A stretch of 64,000 nt of DNA, taken from an uncultured Verrucomicrobiae bacterium (GTDB lineage: Bacteria > Verrucomicrobiota > Verrucomicrobiia > Chthoniobacterales > JAFAMB01). The translations under genes were made by a program, and so were the position numbers. Shown here piece after piece: positions 1-9,818 of this stretch; the stretch's first letter is position 1; the number at the start of each line of letters is the position of its first letter. The stretch lies in the NCBI GenBank assembly GCA_963837955.1, contig CAWIPH010000002.1, positions 768,001 to 832,000 of the forward strand, in the 5' to 3' direction. The notes below the pieces were generated by a model, which saw only the letters and a list, made by a program, of their open reading frames with translations, did not search any database and was not told where the DNA came from.

Positions 1-872
1 TCTTGTCCGGCCATTTCGAAATATCTTTCTACCCGGTCAATCGATTTCGTCCGGCGCGCACTGGGGCTACGACGAATCCATTCCAGTTCCCGCTTCAGAA
101 ACTTTTGGCGTTTACGTTCTTGTTGTTCCAAGGCTGCGTGTCGGGCAGCGCGAGCCAGCAAGAAATCCGTGTAATTACCGGTGTAGCGCAGGAATTCTCC
201 GCGGTCTAACTCGACGATCCCGGTAGCAATTTTGTCGAGAAAATAACGATCGTGCGTGACGAAAAGACAGGTGCCCTGATAATGAGCAAGAAAATCTTCT
301 AACCATTCGATAGCGGCAGTATCAAGATGGTTGGTTGGTTCATCGAGCAGCAACAGGTCAGGCTGCGAAATCAGGGCACGACAGAGAGCAACTCGCCGTT
401 GTTCGCCACCGGACAAATCGCGCACCGCCCGGTCGAGCGCCGGAGCATGAAGATGTTCGACTAGCGATTTGATCCGGTGTTCCAGGCTCCAACCGCCCAG
501 ATGCTCAATTCTCTCCAGCAAGTGCGCGCTCTCGGCCGAAGCAGGCGGGGCGTGCTCATATTTCTTAAGCAAATCGAGTGTGGTTTGCGCTCCGGCCATG
601 ATATTGCCGTGGACGGTGCCACCTTCTTCAAGCGCAAATTGCTGAGGCATATATCCAACCACGAGCTCGCGTCTTCGTGCGACGTCTCCCGTGTCCGGAA
701 GCTGATCACCGGCAAGGATTCTTAGAAAAGTCGATTTACCCGATCCGTTCGGCCCGACCAGACCGAGGCGTTCTCCTTCCTCGATATTCAGGCTAGCGTC
801 GTCCAGCACGGTTTGCGGTCCATACCGTACCATCAGCCGTTTTGCGCTTACCACTGAGATTGGATCCGCCAT
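1..872 (-). CDS. ABC-F family ATP-binding protein (Uup/EttA-like), 5' part; runs off the window's left edge
   Basis: Manual minus-strand translation from ATG at 872 (absent from the ORF track) gives MADPISVVSAK...GLVGPNGSGKSTFL (Walker A)...LSGGEQRRVALCRALISQPDLLLLDEPTNHLD...FVTHDRYFLD...YTGNYTDF, the typical ABC-F motifs. Confidence 0.9.
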   Translation of the reverse strand, partial: MADPISVVSAKRLMVRYGPQTVLDDASLNIEEGERLGLVGPNGSGKSTFLRILAGDQLPDTGDVARRRELVVGYMPQQFALEEGGTVHGNIMAGAQTTLDLLKKYEHAPPASAESAHLLERIEHLGGWSLEHRIKSLVEHLHAPALDRAVRDLSGGEQRRVALCRALISQPDLLLLDEPTNHLDTAAIEWLEDFLAHYQGTCLFVTHDRYFLDKIATGIVELDRGEFLRYTGNYTDFLLARAARHAALEQQERKRQKFLKRELEWIRRSPSARRTKSIDRVERYFEMAGQ

Positions 873-1169
873 CGGCTGACTGTGGCACGATGCTGCTCAT
901 CTCACTATGGGGATCCTGCCCTCTGTTCTTCGCGTACCCATACCGAACCACGCCGCCAATTCGGACAGCGTTCACGGCAGTCGGGGCAGAAGCGGGCGGA
1001 TCTCGGTGATGAGGTGGTCTATGCTACCATCTTGAATTGAGCGAAACGGATTGGCAAAAAGTCGTCATCTAGGTTAGCTGATTCATCATTTTATTTTTCA
1101 GGAGAACAATAGCGGGTTGGGGATTTTGATCTGAATTCGACCGGCATTCGAGAGGGATGATTTAGGATT

Positions 1170-1781
1170 TTGAAAGAGGGACGTTTTCTTCAACTGGCAA
1201 TAGTACTCGGAATCGCCAGTATGATCGGTGCGTCGCTATTGGGCGCCAAAGAAAGCAGGACCTTTATCGCTCCAGACCGCATCAGTCTTTTCACAGTCCC
1301 TTTGCGGTGTGGGGCAGCACCGGAGATTGGTTGTGGCCCCATTTCTAAACCGATCCTGTTGCAATTGGAGGGCGACCCTGCCATGACGCAGGCTTGGCTA
1401 ACCGGTACCGGAACGGTGTTAGCCGTCGTCTGGGCGGGGAACGATGGTCAACAGACACGAACAAAGGCTGTTCAAGCGGTTTTCGAAAAGAGCGGACTAA
1501 CAGCTACGGAATTGGATGGCAAAGCTCGAGAGGCCGAATTGAACAGTTTTCTTTCGGCCGACCCCTGGTACCGCGGCGAGGAGGTGGACAACTTAAGCAA
1601 ACAAGAAGCAGCGATCATTGGCGAAGTCATTCATGAGGCGGCGATGGCGATGCGTTTTCACGCCAAGATCAACGACTTTATAGAACTCTTGCACGTTTAC
1701 CCAACGATGGCTGAGGCGCTCAAGATAGTGGCCATTTCCCGCCGCAAAGATCCGGCAAAACTCGCCTGCTGCGCGGAATAA
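1170..1781 (+). CDS. Chimeric protein: signal peptide and Cys-motif domain fused to the last ~53 aa of a mercuric reductase (MerA)-like protein; possible deletion remnant
   Basis: N-terminal hydrophobic segment, then VPLRCGAAPEIGCG. The C-terminus GEVIHEAAMAMRF...LHVYPTMAEALKIVA...KLACCAE matches the MerA dimerisation-domain end with its vicinal Cys pair. No FAD or NADPH domains are present. Confidence 0.65.
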   Translation: MKEGRFLQLAIVLGIASMIGASLLGAKESRTFIAPDRISLFTVPLRCGAAPEIGCGPISKPILLQLEGDPAMTQAWLTGTGTVLAVVWAGNDGQQTRTKAVQAVFEKSGLTATELDGKAREAELNSFLSADPWYRGEEVDNLSKQEAAIIGEVIHEAAMAMRFHAKINDFIELLHVYPTMAEALKIVAISRRKDPAKLACCAE

Positions 1782-2052
1782 TTTTCCTCGGGTGAGACAA
1801 TGCGACCGTAGCTGACAGCCAGCGATCTCGCGGTTTCGCTCGCTTTGTCAGGAATTGTCGACTGACCCCTTTTGATCGCTTGGCGATTGTCGAAGCCGGC
1901 CTGCGGAGATTCGTGCGTCGCAGCGCTGTTCGCGGAGGAGCGAGGAGGACAGCGGTCTTCCTCACTCCTTTAGCTGCGGGCGGACAGGCAGCGATTCTTA
2001 GCGTTAAGAGCCGCAACACCCGTCCGCGTTACCTGACACCTATCCGCCGTTA

Positions 2053-4302
2053 CTATTGCGCATCGGCCGCCGTACGGAATCCGATTTCACCGGAGCGATC
2101 CAGGCTCGGAGCCATGAGCAGATATTTGTTGTGATGATTCAGTTGGTAGACAGTCGGCGTGCATGGGAAATAAAAGAGCAAGTGTGGTGCTGCCTGTGGC
2201 TCATACGGAGAACTACCTCTTACCACCGCTGCCGCGGTGTGTTGATCGCTGAAGGTATTGGTCCACTGCCATACATTGCCCACCATATCGAGCACACCGA
2301 AGGGACTCGCGCCGTTCGGGAATGCCGTTACGTCCGACGGAGGTGTAGTATCGCGGCCGGTATTCACCGGAGGGACATTCGTGGATACAAAAGTATTGCC
2401 CCATGGATATAGCCGGCCATCGGTGCCCTGCGCCGCGTACTGCCACTCCCATTCGTTGGGAAGCCGGCGGCCGGCCCAGCGAGCATAGGCTTGGGCGTCC
2501 TCCACTGATACCCAAGTAACCGGTTTGTTATCCCACCCTTGTTGGTAATGCGGGTGGACCGGATTCGACCAGTCCCAATCCTGCAGGAAATGGTGTATAT
2601 CGGCCGGCCGATAGCCGGCCGCGTCCATGAACGCTTGATATTGCAGATTAGTTACCTCGGTCTTGTCTATATAGAACTTGTTGATCGTTATTTGATAACT
2701 GTGGGTTAAACTGGGAGTAGATTCCCACGGGTATTGCACATCGACTCCGGGTTCGCCATTTCCTTCGATTTCGGTGCCTGACACGACGAATTGATACTGG
2801 GTTCCTGGAATCAAGATCATTCCGGTTGGCGTTTGCGAGTACGGCGTTGTTGGCGGGTTGGCACCAATAGTCTGCGGAAGGACGATGTTAGCTGCAGAAT
2901 AGCTGCTCAGTGGTTTGGCCGTTAGTCGACACATGGTCGAAAGGAACGCCAGGAGATCGGACGGCCTATCGGCGTGGGTGGTGGCGAGTATCGCCCCGTA
3001 GCCGCTGGCTTCGATGGAGAACGCCAGCGTGGCGGTCCCGCCGTTGATCGTCGGGTTCAACTTAACGCCATGCCAGAGGTCGTAGTATTCCACCCCGGCC
3101 TGATACGGAACAGAGATCTGGTTGCCGTCCACCTGCGTTGTACCAACATTGACGATGGTCCACAGGATTTGCGAATTGGTTTCGCTTGGCCATTTGCTGG
3201 CGTATACCTGACTGTTGTTGATGGTCGGCGTATACGGTTCCCAGTTTTGGCTGACCAGTAGATCCGGAAATTTACGTTCGATTGAGGCGACACATCGTAC
3301 CGCTTGATCATCGCGGTCGGTCATTTGGTTCCAAATCCCCCATATATTTTCCCAGCTCTCCAGACCGGTGCCATTGAAGAATGCAGCTTGTAGCATCGCA
3401 ATTTTGCTCTTGGACCATCGGTCATTGACATGAACGGTGAAACGCGGTTCGAACCATTTAGGCAGGCTTACCCCCAGCAAAGTATAAGGGGTTTGCCAGT
3501 ATCCCCATCCCATGGTGTTCCATTGAATCTCCGCCGCAACCGAAACTGGACCTGTGGGCGGTTGGAAAAAAAATCCAGTCGCGACGCCAAGCTCAGGCTC
3601 CAAGGCCAAGGGCCGCTTGTCGATAAGGGAATTCTGGAAGAATTCGTTATCAACGTATCTTTCGGTATCGCCGTTCATTCCGTCCGCGCCGATTTCGGCC
3701 ATGGTTTTCGGCAATACCTCCGACCAGGCAGCACCCGGATCATGCGTCCCGATGTCCCAAGGATTGTACGGGAACAGGACTTTGACGCCGTTCCTATGGA
3801 AATCGGCAATCATCTTTTTGACTCCGTTGGGGAAGCCGGGCATGTCGCGGATCAACTGGTCCTGGTTTCGACTGTCCACACCCATGTTAGGATAGGTTGG
3901 CCAAATCAGAATCGAATCAATCCCGCCATACCGAGTACGGACATCATCGAGATATTTGTCTACCGTGTAGGTTCCGGTAGTAACATCATACAAGTAGCGA
4001 TCATGAGCCATGGCCTGGGGCTGAATCGGATTGTGCTGGGTCCAGTTTAAGGGCGGGTATTCGTAGACCGAATCGTCGTAGGTCAGGAGAGCCGCCTGCT
4101 GAGCCCGGTAGGCCTGCATGGCGGCTAACCAAGCCGGCGCGTTAGCCGGCGTATCTGGACCATTAATCTGGATCCAATTCGGGAAGGTGAGGGTGTAGCC
4201 AGCGGCGTTAAGGCGGCTGGTGATGGCAGCGCTGATAAACGCTATAAGCAGGCATACGGCGTAAGAGTTTGATCGGAGTAGGGCAGCGAGTGATCGCTTC
4301 AT
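2053..4302 (-). CDS. Secreted SUMF1/FGE-sulfatase-domain protein with a large uncharacterised N-terminal (possibly glycoside-hydrolase-like) region; start may be 4302 or 4386
   Basis: C-terminal FGE-fold motifs: FYIDKTEVTN, PVTWVS..DAQAYARWAGRRLPNEWEWQYAAQG, GASPFGVLDMVGNVWQW, IGFR. A signal-like segment follows MKRS. Confidence 0.8.
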   Translation of the reverse strand: MKRSLAALLRSNSYAVCLLIAFISAAITSRLNAAGYTLTFPNWIQINGPDTPANAPAWLAAMQAYRAQQAALLTYDDSVYEYPPLNWTQHNPIQPQAMAHDRYLYDVTTGTYTVDKYLDDVRTRYGGIDSILIWPTYPNMGVDSRNQDQLIRDMPGFPNGVKKMIADFHRNGVKVLFPYNPWDIGTHDPGAAWSEVLPKTMAEIGADGMNGDTERYVDNEFFQNSLIDKRPLALEPELGVATGFFFQPPTGPVSVAAEIQWNTMGWGYWQTPYTLLGVSLPKWFEPRFTVHVNDRWSKSKIAMLQAAFFNGTGLESWENIWGIWNQMTDRDDQAVRCVASIERKFPDLLVSQNWEPYTPTINNSQVYASKWPSETNSQILWTIVNVGTTQVDGNQISVPYQAGVEYYDLWHGVKLNPTINGGTATLAFSIEASGYGAILATTHADRPSDLLAFLSTMCRLTAKPLSSYSAANIVLPQTIGANPPTTPYSQTPTGMILIPGTQYQFVVSGTEIEGNGEPGVDVQYPWESTPSLTHSYQITINKFYIDKTEVTNLQYQAFMDAAGYRPADIHHFLQDWDWSNPVHPHYQQGWDNKPVTWVSVEDAQAYARWAGRRLPNEWEWQYAAQGTDGRLYPWGNTFVSTNVPPVNTGRDTTPPSDVTAFPNGASPFGVLDMVGNVWQWTNTFSDQHTAAAVVRGSSPYEPQAAPHLLFYFPCTPTVYQLNHHNKYLLMAPSLDRSGEIGFRTAADAQ

Positions 4303-4428
4303 ATAGCGGGTCTTAGAGTAAGAAAAGCTTCTATCAGCCGGCGCGGATTTGGCGGAAGCGACGCTGATTTGAGGATTTATATTCATAGGGGGAAGGGGGG
4401 AAGAAGTTGGAAGTAAGAGAGAACAACG

Positions 4429-4549
4429 GCGCAAACCATTGCGCAATCGATTGCTCAGTTCTAGCTATTTTTTTGGGTCCGTCAAGAACGATGATTGACA
4501 TTAACCAAAGATCCATTTATTGAGCAATCGATTGCGCAATGGTTTGCGC
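4429..4549. promoter_or_regulatory. Divergent promoter region with two mirror-image tandem LacI-type operators (29-bp perfect inverted repeat, 4429-4457 and 4521-4549)
   Basis: gcgcaaaccattgcgcaatcgattgctca and its exact reverse complement lie 63 bp apart. Each copy contains the palindrome gcaatcgattgc. TTGACA (4495-4500, +) and TTGACG (minus strand, ~4480-4485) lie between them. Confidence 0.85.
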
Positions 4550-4611
4550 TCCTAAAATCGTAGTTTAACCCTAATCCCCTAGATCACAGGTCCGCCTGTA
4601 CCCCCAATTAT

Positions 4612-5568
4612 ATGTGTTTCTTGTCTCTCCGGAGCCGCAGTGCGCTTAGCGTTGCGCTGCTGGCCCTGGTCGTCTCTTTCTCTCCGACCTCGGCTCAAAG
4701 CGCGACTAAGCCAAGAGTCGCCCTAATCATGAAATCGTTGGCTAATGAGTTTTTCCAGACCATGGAAAAAGGCGCCCGTGATTATCAGGCTCAACACCCG
4801 GATCAATTTGATCTTATCTCGAACGGAATCAAAAATGAAACCGACGTCGGAGCTCAAATCAATTTGGTCAATCAGATGATCGCACAGAATGTCGACGCCA
4901 TCGTTCTGGCTCCAGCAGATTCGAAAGCGTTGATTTCGGTTTCCAAGAAGGCTAAACAGGCTGGTATCCTCGTCATCAACATCGACAACAAATTCGATGT
5001 ACCCACACTAGCGCAGGAAAAGGTTAAAATTCCGTTCGTGGGTCCGGATAATCGCAAGGGGGCAGAAGCGGTCGGTGACTATCTGGGGAAACAACTCTCC
5101 CCGGGCAGCAAAGTTGCAATAATTGAGGGCCTTCCCGGGGCATTTAACGGGATACAACGGAAACTGGGATTCGAAGATGCCATGAAAGAAGGCAAAATTG
5201 ATGTGGTAACTTCCCAAGCCGCCGACTGGGAAACAGCCAAAGCGAACCAGGTCACGTCTGCCATCATCACCCAAAACCCGAACATCAACGCAATTCTCGC
5301 ATGTAACGATAGTATGGCGTTGGGTGCGGTGGCCGCGCTCAAGGCCGCTGGCAAGGAAGCAAGTGTCAAAGTCGTTGGATTCGACAATATTACGGCTGTC
5401 CAACAATTGATTAAAGAAGGCAAAATGCTTGCCACAGCCGATCAGCACGGAGATCAACTCGCCGTCTACGGCATTCAGTACGCTTTGGATTCGCTGGCCA
5501 AAAAAGGAGCATCGATGGAAGATCGTGAAACCAAGGTGGACCTGATCACCAAAGATGACGTCAAATAA
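4612..5568 (+). CDS. rbsB: Sugar ABC transporter substrate-binding protein (RbsB-like)
   Basis: Signal peptide; MKSLANEFF, VGPDNRKG, ACNDSMALGA and VVGFD motifs of periplasmic binding protein type I. Confidence 0.85.
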   Translation: MCFLSLRSRSALSVALLALVVSFSPTSAQSATKPRVALIMKSLANEFFQTMEKGARDYQAQHPDQFDLISNGIKNETDVGAQINLVNQMIAQNVDAIVLAPADSKALISVSKKAKQAGILVINIDNKFDVPTLAQEKVKIPFVGPDNRKGAEAVGDYLGKQLSPGSKVAIIEGLPGAFNGIQRKLGFEDAMKEGKIDVVTSQAADWETAKANQVTSAIITQNPNINAILACNDSMALGAVAALKAAGKEASVKVVGFDNITAVQQLIKEGKMLATADQHGDQLAVYGIQYALDSLAKKGASMEDRETKVDLITKDDVK

Positions 5569-5609
5569 CGGCGAATTGCCAGTTTGACTCAAGATCTTCG
5601 TGAATTCGG

Positions 5610-7118
5610 ATGACCACACTTCTGCAAACCAGAGGACTAGCCAAGGCCTATGCCGGCCCGGTCCTGTCGGATGTCAATTTCGACCTACGCGCCGGAGAAG
5701 TCCACGCGTTGGTCGGGGAGAATGGAGCCGGCAAAAGCACGCTTTGCAATATCCTCGCCGGACTGAGCGCCGCGAATTCGGGCGAGATTTTCCTGGAAGA
5801 GAGGCCATACAAGCCAATCAACAAAAAGGCCGCCGAGCATCAAGGTGTGCGGATCGTCCTCCAGGAACTTAGCCTGATCGACAATTTGTCTGTAGCAGAG
5901 AATTTGTTTCTCCATCGGCTACCGAATCGAATGGGCTGGATCCAGGGCTCTCGGCTGGCTCGTGCTGCTCGGGCCGCCCTGGATCGAGTGGGCTTGATCG
6001 ATCTCGATCCGAACGTCTCAGTCCGTCAACTTGGGATCGGGCAAAAGCAGTTAATCGAGATTGCAGCGGGCCTTTCGGAGGAATGCAAGATTCTGATTCT
6101 CGATGAACCAACGGCTGCACTCACCGGAGCGGACTCTAAGCGGCTATTCGTCCAGGTGAGAAGATTGCAGGAGGCAGGTGTCGGAATCATTTTTATTTCG
6201 CATCACCTCGAAGAAGTTCAGGAAATCGCGGATCGGGTCTCGGTTCTGCGGGATGGCAGGCTTGTCGCCGTTAAGGAACGGGGATCCTATTCAGTCGACG
6301 ATATTATTCGTTTGATGGTAGGTCGCGACCTCGGCGAGTCCGCGGAACGCCGCAGTCGGTTTGTTTCTGGTCGGGTTTTGCTTCGTGTCGAAAAGCTGAA
6401 GGTGCCCCCGGTCGTCCGGGATGTCACTTTTGAAGTTCGAGCCGGGGAGATCTTGGGGTTTGCCGGGCTCATGGGTTCTGGTCGCACCGAAACGATGCGG
6501 GCGATTTTCGGAGCCGATCGTCGAGTATCGGGCAGGATTCTCGTGAACGGAAAAGAAGCGCAGATCCATCACCCTGCGGAAGCGGTAAAATGTGGGATTG
6601 GTCTTCTGACCGAAGATCGCAAGGCTCAGGGGCTCCTTTTGCCGAGGCCGTTATGGATGAATATCAGTCTTGCACGACTTGGTTATGAAATCGCTCGGTT
6701 CGGTTGGATAAACCGGGCCGTGGAAGAAAATGTCGCCGAAAACTGGGTTCGCCGGCTGGCTGTGCGCTGTTCTTCCGCTGAACAGCCTGCGGTTAACCTG
6801 AGTGGCGGCAACCAGCAAAAGGTTGTCCTCGCTCGATGGCTCTACCGGGATTGCAATATCCTGATCTGTGATGAGCCGACACGTGGCATCGACGTCGGAG
6901 CAAGATTTGAAATCTATCGCCTTCTGGGTGAATTGGCGGCCGCTGGGAAGGCCATTGTTGTGGTTTCCTCAGATCTCCAAGAACTTCTGACCCTCTGCGA
7001 TCGGATCGCAGTCATGTCTGCCGGAAAATTAGTGACAGAATTTCTCCGAGGAGAGTGGACAGAGGACCAAATCATGTCTGCGGCTTTTAGCGAGTTTACC
7101 AAGGCTTCGGCTAACTGA
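5610..7118 (+). CDS. rbsA: Sugar ABC transporter ATP-binding protein (RbsA-like, two ABC domains)
   Basis: GENGAGKST, LDEPT, LSGGNQQKVVLARWL, DEPTRGIDVGA. Confidence 0.9.
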   Translation: MTTLLQTRGLAKAYAGPVLSDVNFDLRAGEVHALVGENGAGKSTLCNILAGLSAANSGEIFLEERPYKPINKKAAEHQGVRIVLQELSLIDNLSVAENLFLHRLPNRMGWIQGSRLARAARAALDRVGLIDLDPNVSVRQLGIGQKQLIEIAAGLSEECKILILDEPTAALTGADSKRLFVQVRRLQEAGVGIIFISHHLEEVQEIADRVSVLRDGRLVAVKERGSYSVDDIIRLMVGRDLGESAERRSRFVSGRVLLRVEKLKVPPVVRDVTFEVRAGEILGFAGLMGSGRTETMRAIFGADRRVSGRILVNGKEAQIHHPAEAVKCGIGLLTEDRKAQGLLLPRPLWMNISLARLGYEIARFGWINRAVEENVAENWVRRLAVRCSSAEQPAVNLSGGNQQKVVLARWLYRDCNILICDEPTRGIDVGARFEIYRLLGELAAAGKAIVVVSSDLQELLTLCDRIAVMSAGKLVTEFLRGEWTEDQIMSAAFSEFTKASAN

Positions 7119-7250
7119 TCTCGAACCTCGATCGAAAGAGATTCCTAACAAAATGACTACCATTCCGAAAGTCCTCGCAATTCCGCTGCTTTGGCTAAAC
7201 GAAACGAACTAGCGATCGACTCAGTATCATTGCACCGAGCGGACCCGCCC

Positions 7251-8285
7251 ATGAGATCGAATACATATCCTTCTTCAACTCAATTGTCCCCGAAGCATCC
7301 CCCCAATCCGAAGACAGCGTCCGGCCGTCAGGCACGCGAAATTGTCGAGAACAGTTTAGGGTTGGTGATCGTCCTGGTTTTGCTCATCGCCCTTTTCAGT
7401 TTTCAAACCGCGCATTTCTTTTCCGCAACAACATTTGAAGCGATCGCTAACGAGATTCCCACCGCCATCTTCATCGCAATCGGCATGACTTTTGTTTTGA
7501 TCATTGGCGGGATTGATCTTTCCGTTGGATCAGTTCTCGCGCTGGGTGCCGGGATCCTGGGTGTTGCCATTGTGCAATGGCATTGGCCGCTCTGGGCTGC
7601 GATTGGGCTCTGTGTGGTATCTGGCGCACTCTGTGGCTTACTGAACGGTCTTTTGACCATCCGCTTTCGCTTGCCTTCATTCATCGTGACGCTTGGCTTG
7701 ATGGAAGCGGCTCGGGGAGCGACCTATCTGGTTACAAATTCCCAGACCATGTATATCGGTTCTGCAGTCGAAGCCATCGACAACGTAACGTTATTCGGAC
7801 TTTCGTCGCCTTTTTTGGTTGCCATCGTTTTTGCGATCATCGCTCAATTCGTTCTGACCGGTAGCGTCTTTGGGCGCTATGCGATTGCGCTCGGAACGAA
7901 TGAAGAAGCGGTGCGTCTTTCCGGAATCGACACCCGGCCGATCAAACTAGCGGTATTTACGTTGAGTGGTGCGTTGGCAGCGTTTGGCGGGGTTTCCTAT
8001 TGCGCGCAATTGTCAGCTGCAGATCCGAATGCAGGCAGCGGTTTTGAGCTGGCCGCCATCGCGGCCGTTGTCATAGGTGGTACGAGTTTGATGGGAGGTC
8101 GCGGCTCAGTCATTAATTCGCTCTTCGGGGTACTTGTGATCGCGGTATTAGAGACGGGCTTAGCTCAAATCGGAGCGCAGGAATCGGCCAAGCGCATGGT
8201 CACGGGAGTCGTAATCATCATCGCGGTGATCGTGGATTTTTATCGGACGCGCCGTGCGGAAGCCAAGTCCCGTGCGGCTGGCTAG
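7251..8285 (+). CDS. rbsC: Sugar ABC transporter permease (RbsC-like)
   Basis: GMTFVLIIGGIDLSVGS, PSFIVTLG, GTNEEAVRLSGI and ELAAIAAVVIGGTSLMGGRG motifs; multiple TM segments. Confidence 0.9.
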   Translation: MRSNTYPSSTQLSPKHPPNPKTASGRQAREIVENSLGLVIVLVLLIALFSFQTAHFFSATTFEAIANEIPTAIFIAIGMTFVLIIGGIDLSVGSVLALGAGILGVAIVQWHWPLWAAIGLCVVSGALCGLLNGLLTIRFRLPSFIVTLGLMEAARGATYLVTNSQTMYIGSAVEAIDNVTLFGLSSPFLVAIVFAIIAQFVLTGSVFGRYAIALGTNEEAVRLSGIDTRPIKLAVFTLSGALAAFGGVSYCAQLSAADPNAGSGFELAAIAAVVIGGTSLMGGRGSVINSLFGVLVIAVLETGLAQIGAQESAKRMVTGVVIIIAVIVDFYRTRRAEAKSRAAG

Positions 8286-8385
8286 ATTGGATTTAGATAA
8301 GTCTTCGGTTTAGGACGAAGTGAATAGGATTTAAGGAAAAAGCTTGAACATTGATTTGACGGGATCAGATTCAAGCTTTATCCAA

Positions 8386-8410
8386 GGAACCGTTTGCGCA
8401 ATCGTTTGCC
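8386..8410. promoter_or_regulatory. Third tandem LacI-type operator, upstream of the LacI gene (autoregulation)
   Basis: ggaaccgtttgc-gcaatcgtttgc has the same two-site, 12-bp-period architecture as 4521-4549. TTGACG lies ~30 bp upstream. Confidence 0.7.
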
Positions 8411-8436
8411 GAACTTTCCCAGATCTCATCGCTCCA

Positions 8437-9528
8437 GTGCCACCCCGTCAAATCAAGTCTTCCGGAACGCCCACGATGAAAGATGTTGCTGAGCGGGCGA
8501 GCGTGTCAGTGACCACCGTTTCGCATGTGCTGAATAAAACGCGCTTCGTAAATCGCAATTTGGTGCGGCGGGTTGAGAACGCTTTCAGGAGCCTTGGATA
8601 TCAACCAAACGCCTTGGCGCGGGGATTGCGTCGGAGGGAAACGCGCATGCTTGGGATGGTCGTGCCTGATAATTCAAATCTCTACTTCGCAGAGCTCGCC
8701 CGGAGCATTGAGGACGCTTGTTTTGAGTGCGGTTATAGCGTCATACTCTGCAACTCGGACGAAGACGCGGCGAAAGAGAGCGCTTATCTGTCTCTTTTAG
8801 CTGAGAAGCGCGTCGACGGAATTGTTTTCGTGGCCTCAGGTAGCGATCGCTCTGGGGTGCAGGCCTTTCTGCAGCATAAGATCCCGATGGTCGTATTGGA
8901 TAGGGAACTCAAAGGCACGAAATGCGATTCCATCGTCGTAGACAATCGTCATGGCGGACGTCAGGCGACTTTGCATCTAATAAGCGGGAACCACCGGCGG
9001 ATCGGTTGCATCTGTGGCCCAAAAAATCTTACTTCGGCCAACGAGCGTCTTCAGGGTTACAAGGACGCTATCTCTGAGGCCCGCCTACCGGTCGATCCCG
9101 CATTGATCCAAATAGGGAACTTTCATATCCAAGGCGGCTATGCCGCGGTGCAGGCTCTGCTGAACCTTCCAAACCGAATTACAGCCGTTTTCGCTTCGAA
9201 CGATCTGATGGCTGTCGGCGCATTACGGGGAATCGCAGCTCGCGGCTTGCGGGTACCAGAAGACGTCGCGGTCGTCGGTTTTGACGACATCGCGTTAGCG
9301 AAGTACACAGAGCCGCCGTTAACCACCGTCATGCAACCCATTCGTGAGATCGGTAAGTTGGCGACCGAGTTGGTAATGGCGCGAGTAAACGGGGAGCGCA
9401 GAGAACCGCAGAGGCATCGATTGAAGACAAGCCTGGTTATTCGCGAATCGTGTGGGATCAAGCTTCCAGCTCCTCATCCACGGCCAAACGCTAAAAAGCG
9501 GCAGCTTCGTTCCGTAGGGACTGGATGA
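8437..9528 (+). CDS. rbsR: LacI family transcriptional regulator (RbsR/PurR-like); start approximate
   Basis: PTMKDVAERASVSVTTVSHVLN HTH, YQPNALARGL hinge, VVGFDDI, PPLTTV. Confidence 0.85.
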   Translation: MPPRQIKSSGTPTMKDVAERASVSVTTVSHVLNKTRFVNRNLVRRVENAFRSLGYQPNALARGLRRRETRMLGMVVPDNSNLYFAELARSIEDACFECGYSVILCNSDEDAAKESAYLSLLAEKRVDGIVFVASGSDRSGVQAFLQHKIPMVVLDRELKGTKCDSIVVDNRHGGRQATLHLISGNHRRIGCICGPKNLTSANERLQGYKDAISEARLPVDPALIQIGNFHIQGGYAAVQALLNLPNRITAVFASNDLMAVGALRGIAARGLRVPEDVAVVGFDDIALAKYTEPPLTTVMQPIREIGKLATELVMARVNGERREPQRHRLKTSLVIRESCGIKLPAPHPRPNAKKRQLRSVGTG

Positions 9529-9818
9529 TACGACCGCTCCTGACATTCTGTGACTTGTTTCGGCATCTGGCATCGTTCGGCGCTTCGCGGATAGCAAAAT
9601 GATGACGGCCCGGCGGGCAGGGTGAGAAGGAAGGTGAAAGGTAAACGGTGAGAAGCTTTCACCTGAGCAGGCTTTAGGCGCGTCTTTCCATCAGCTGACC
9701 GAAGCCAAGGCGATTCCGCCGTCGTAGTTTCGGATCGAAGCTCCGCGAGAGGTTCTTCCGCGGAGCTCGGCTCGGAACGGGTCACACTAACAGAAAGGGC
9801 CCGACCCGGTGATCAAGA

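Noticed and set aside
883..897. TGGCACGATGCTGCT, resembling a sigma-54 promoter
   Set aside because: GG-to-GC spacing is 9 rather than the strictly required 10.
3..975. Short ORFs 3-209, 461-715, 477-725 and 793-975 in the ORF track
   Set aside because: They are shadows of the ABC-F gene on the minus strand (1-872), which the track missed because it has no stop inside the window.
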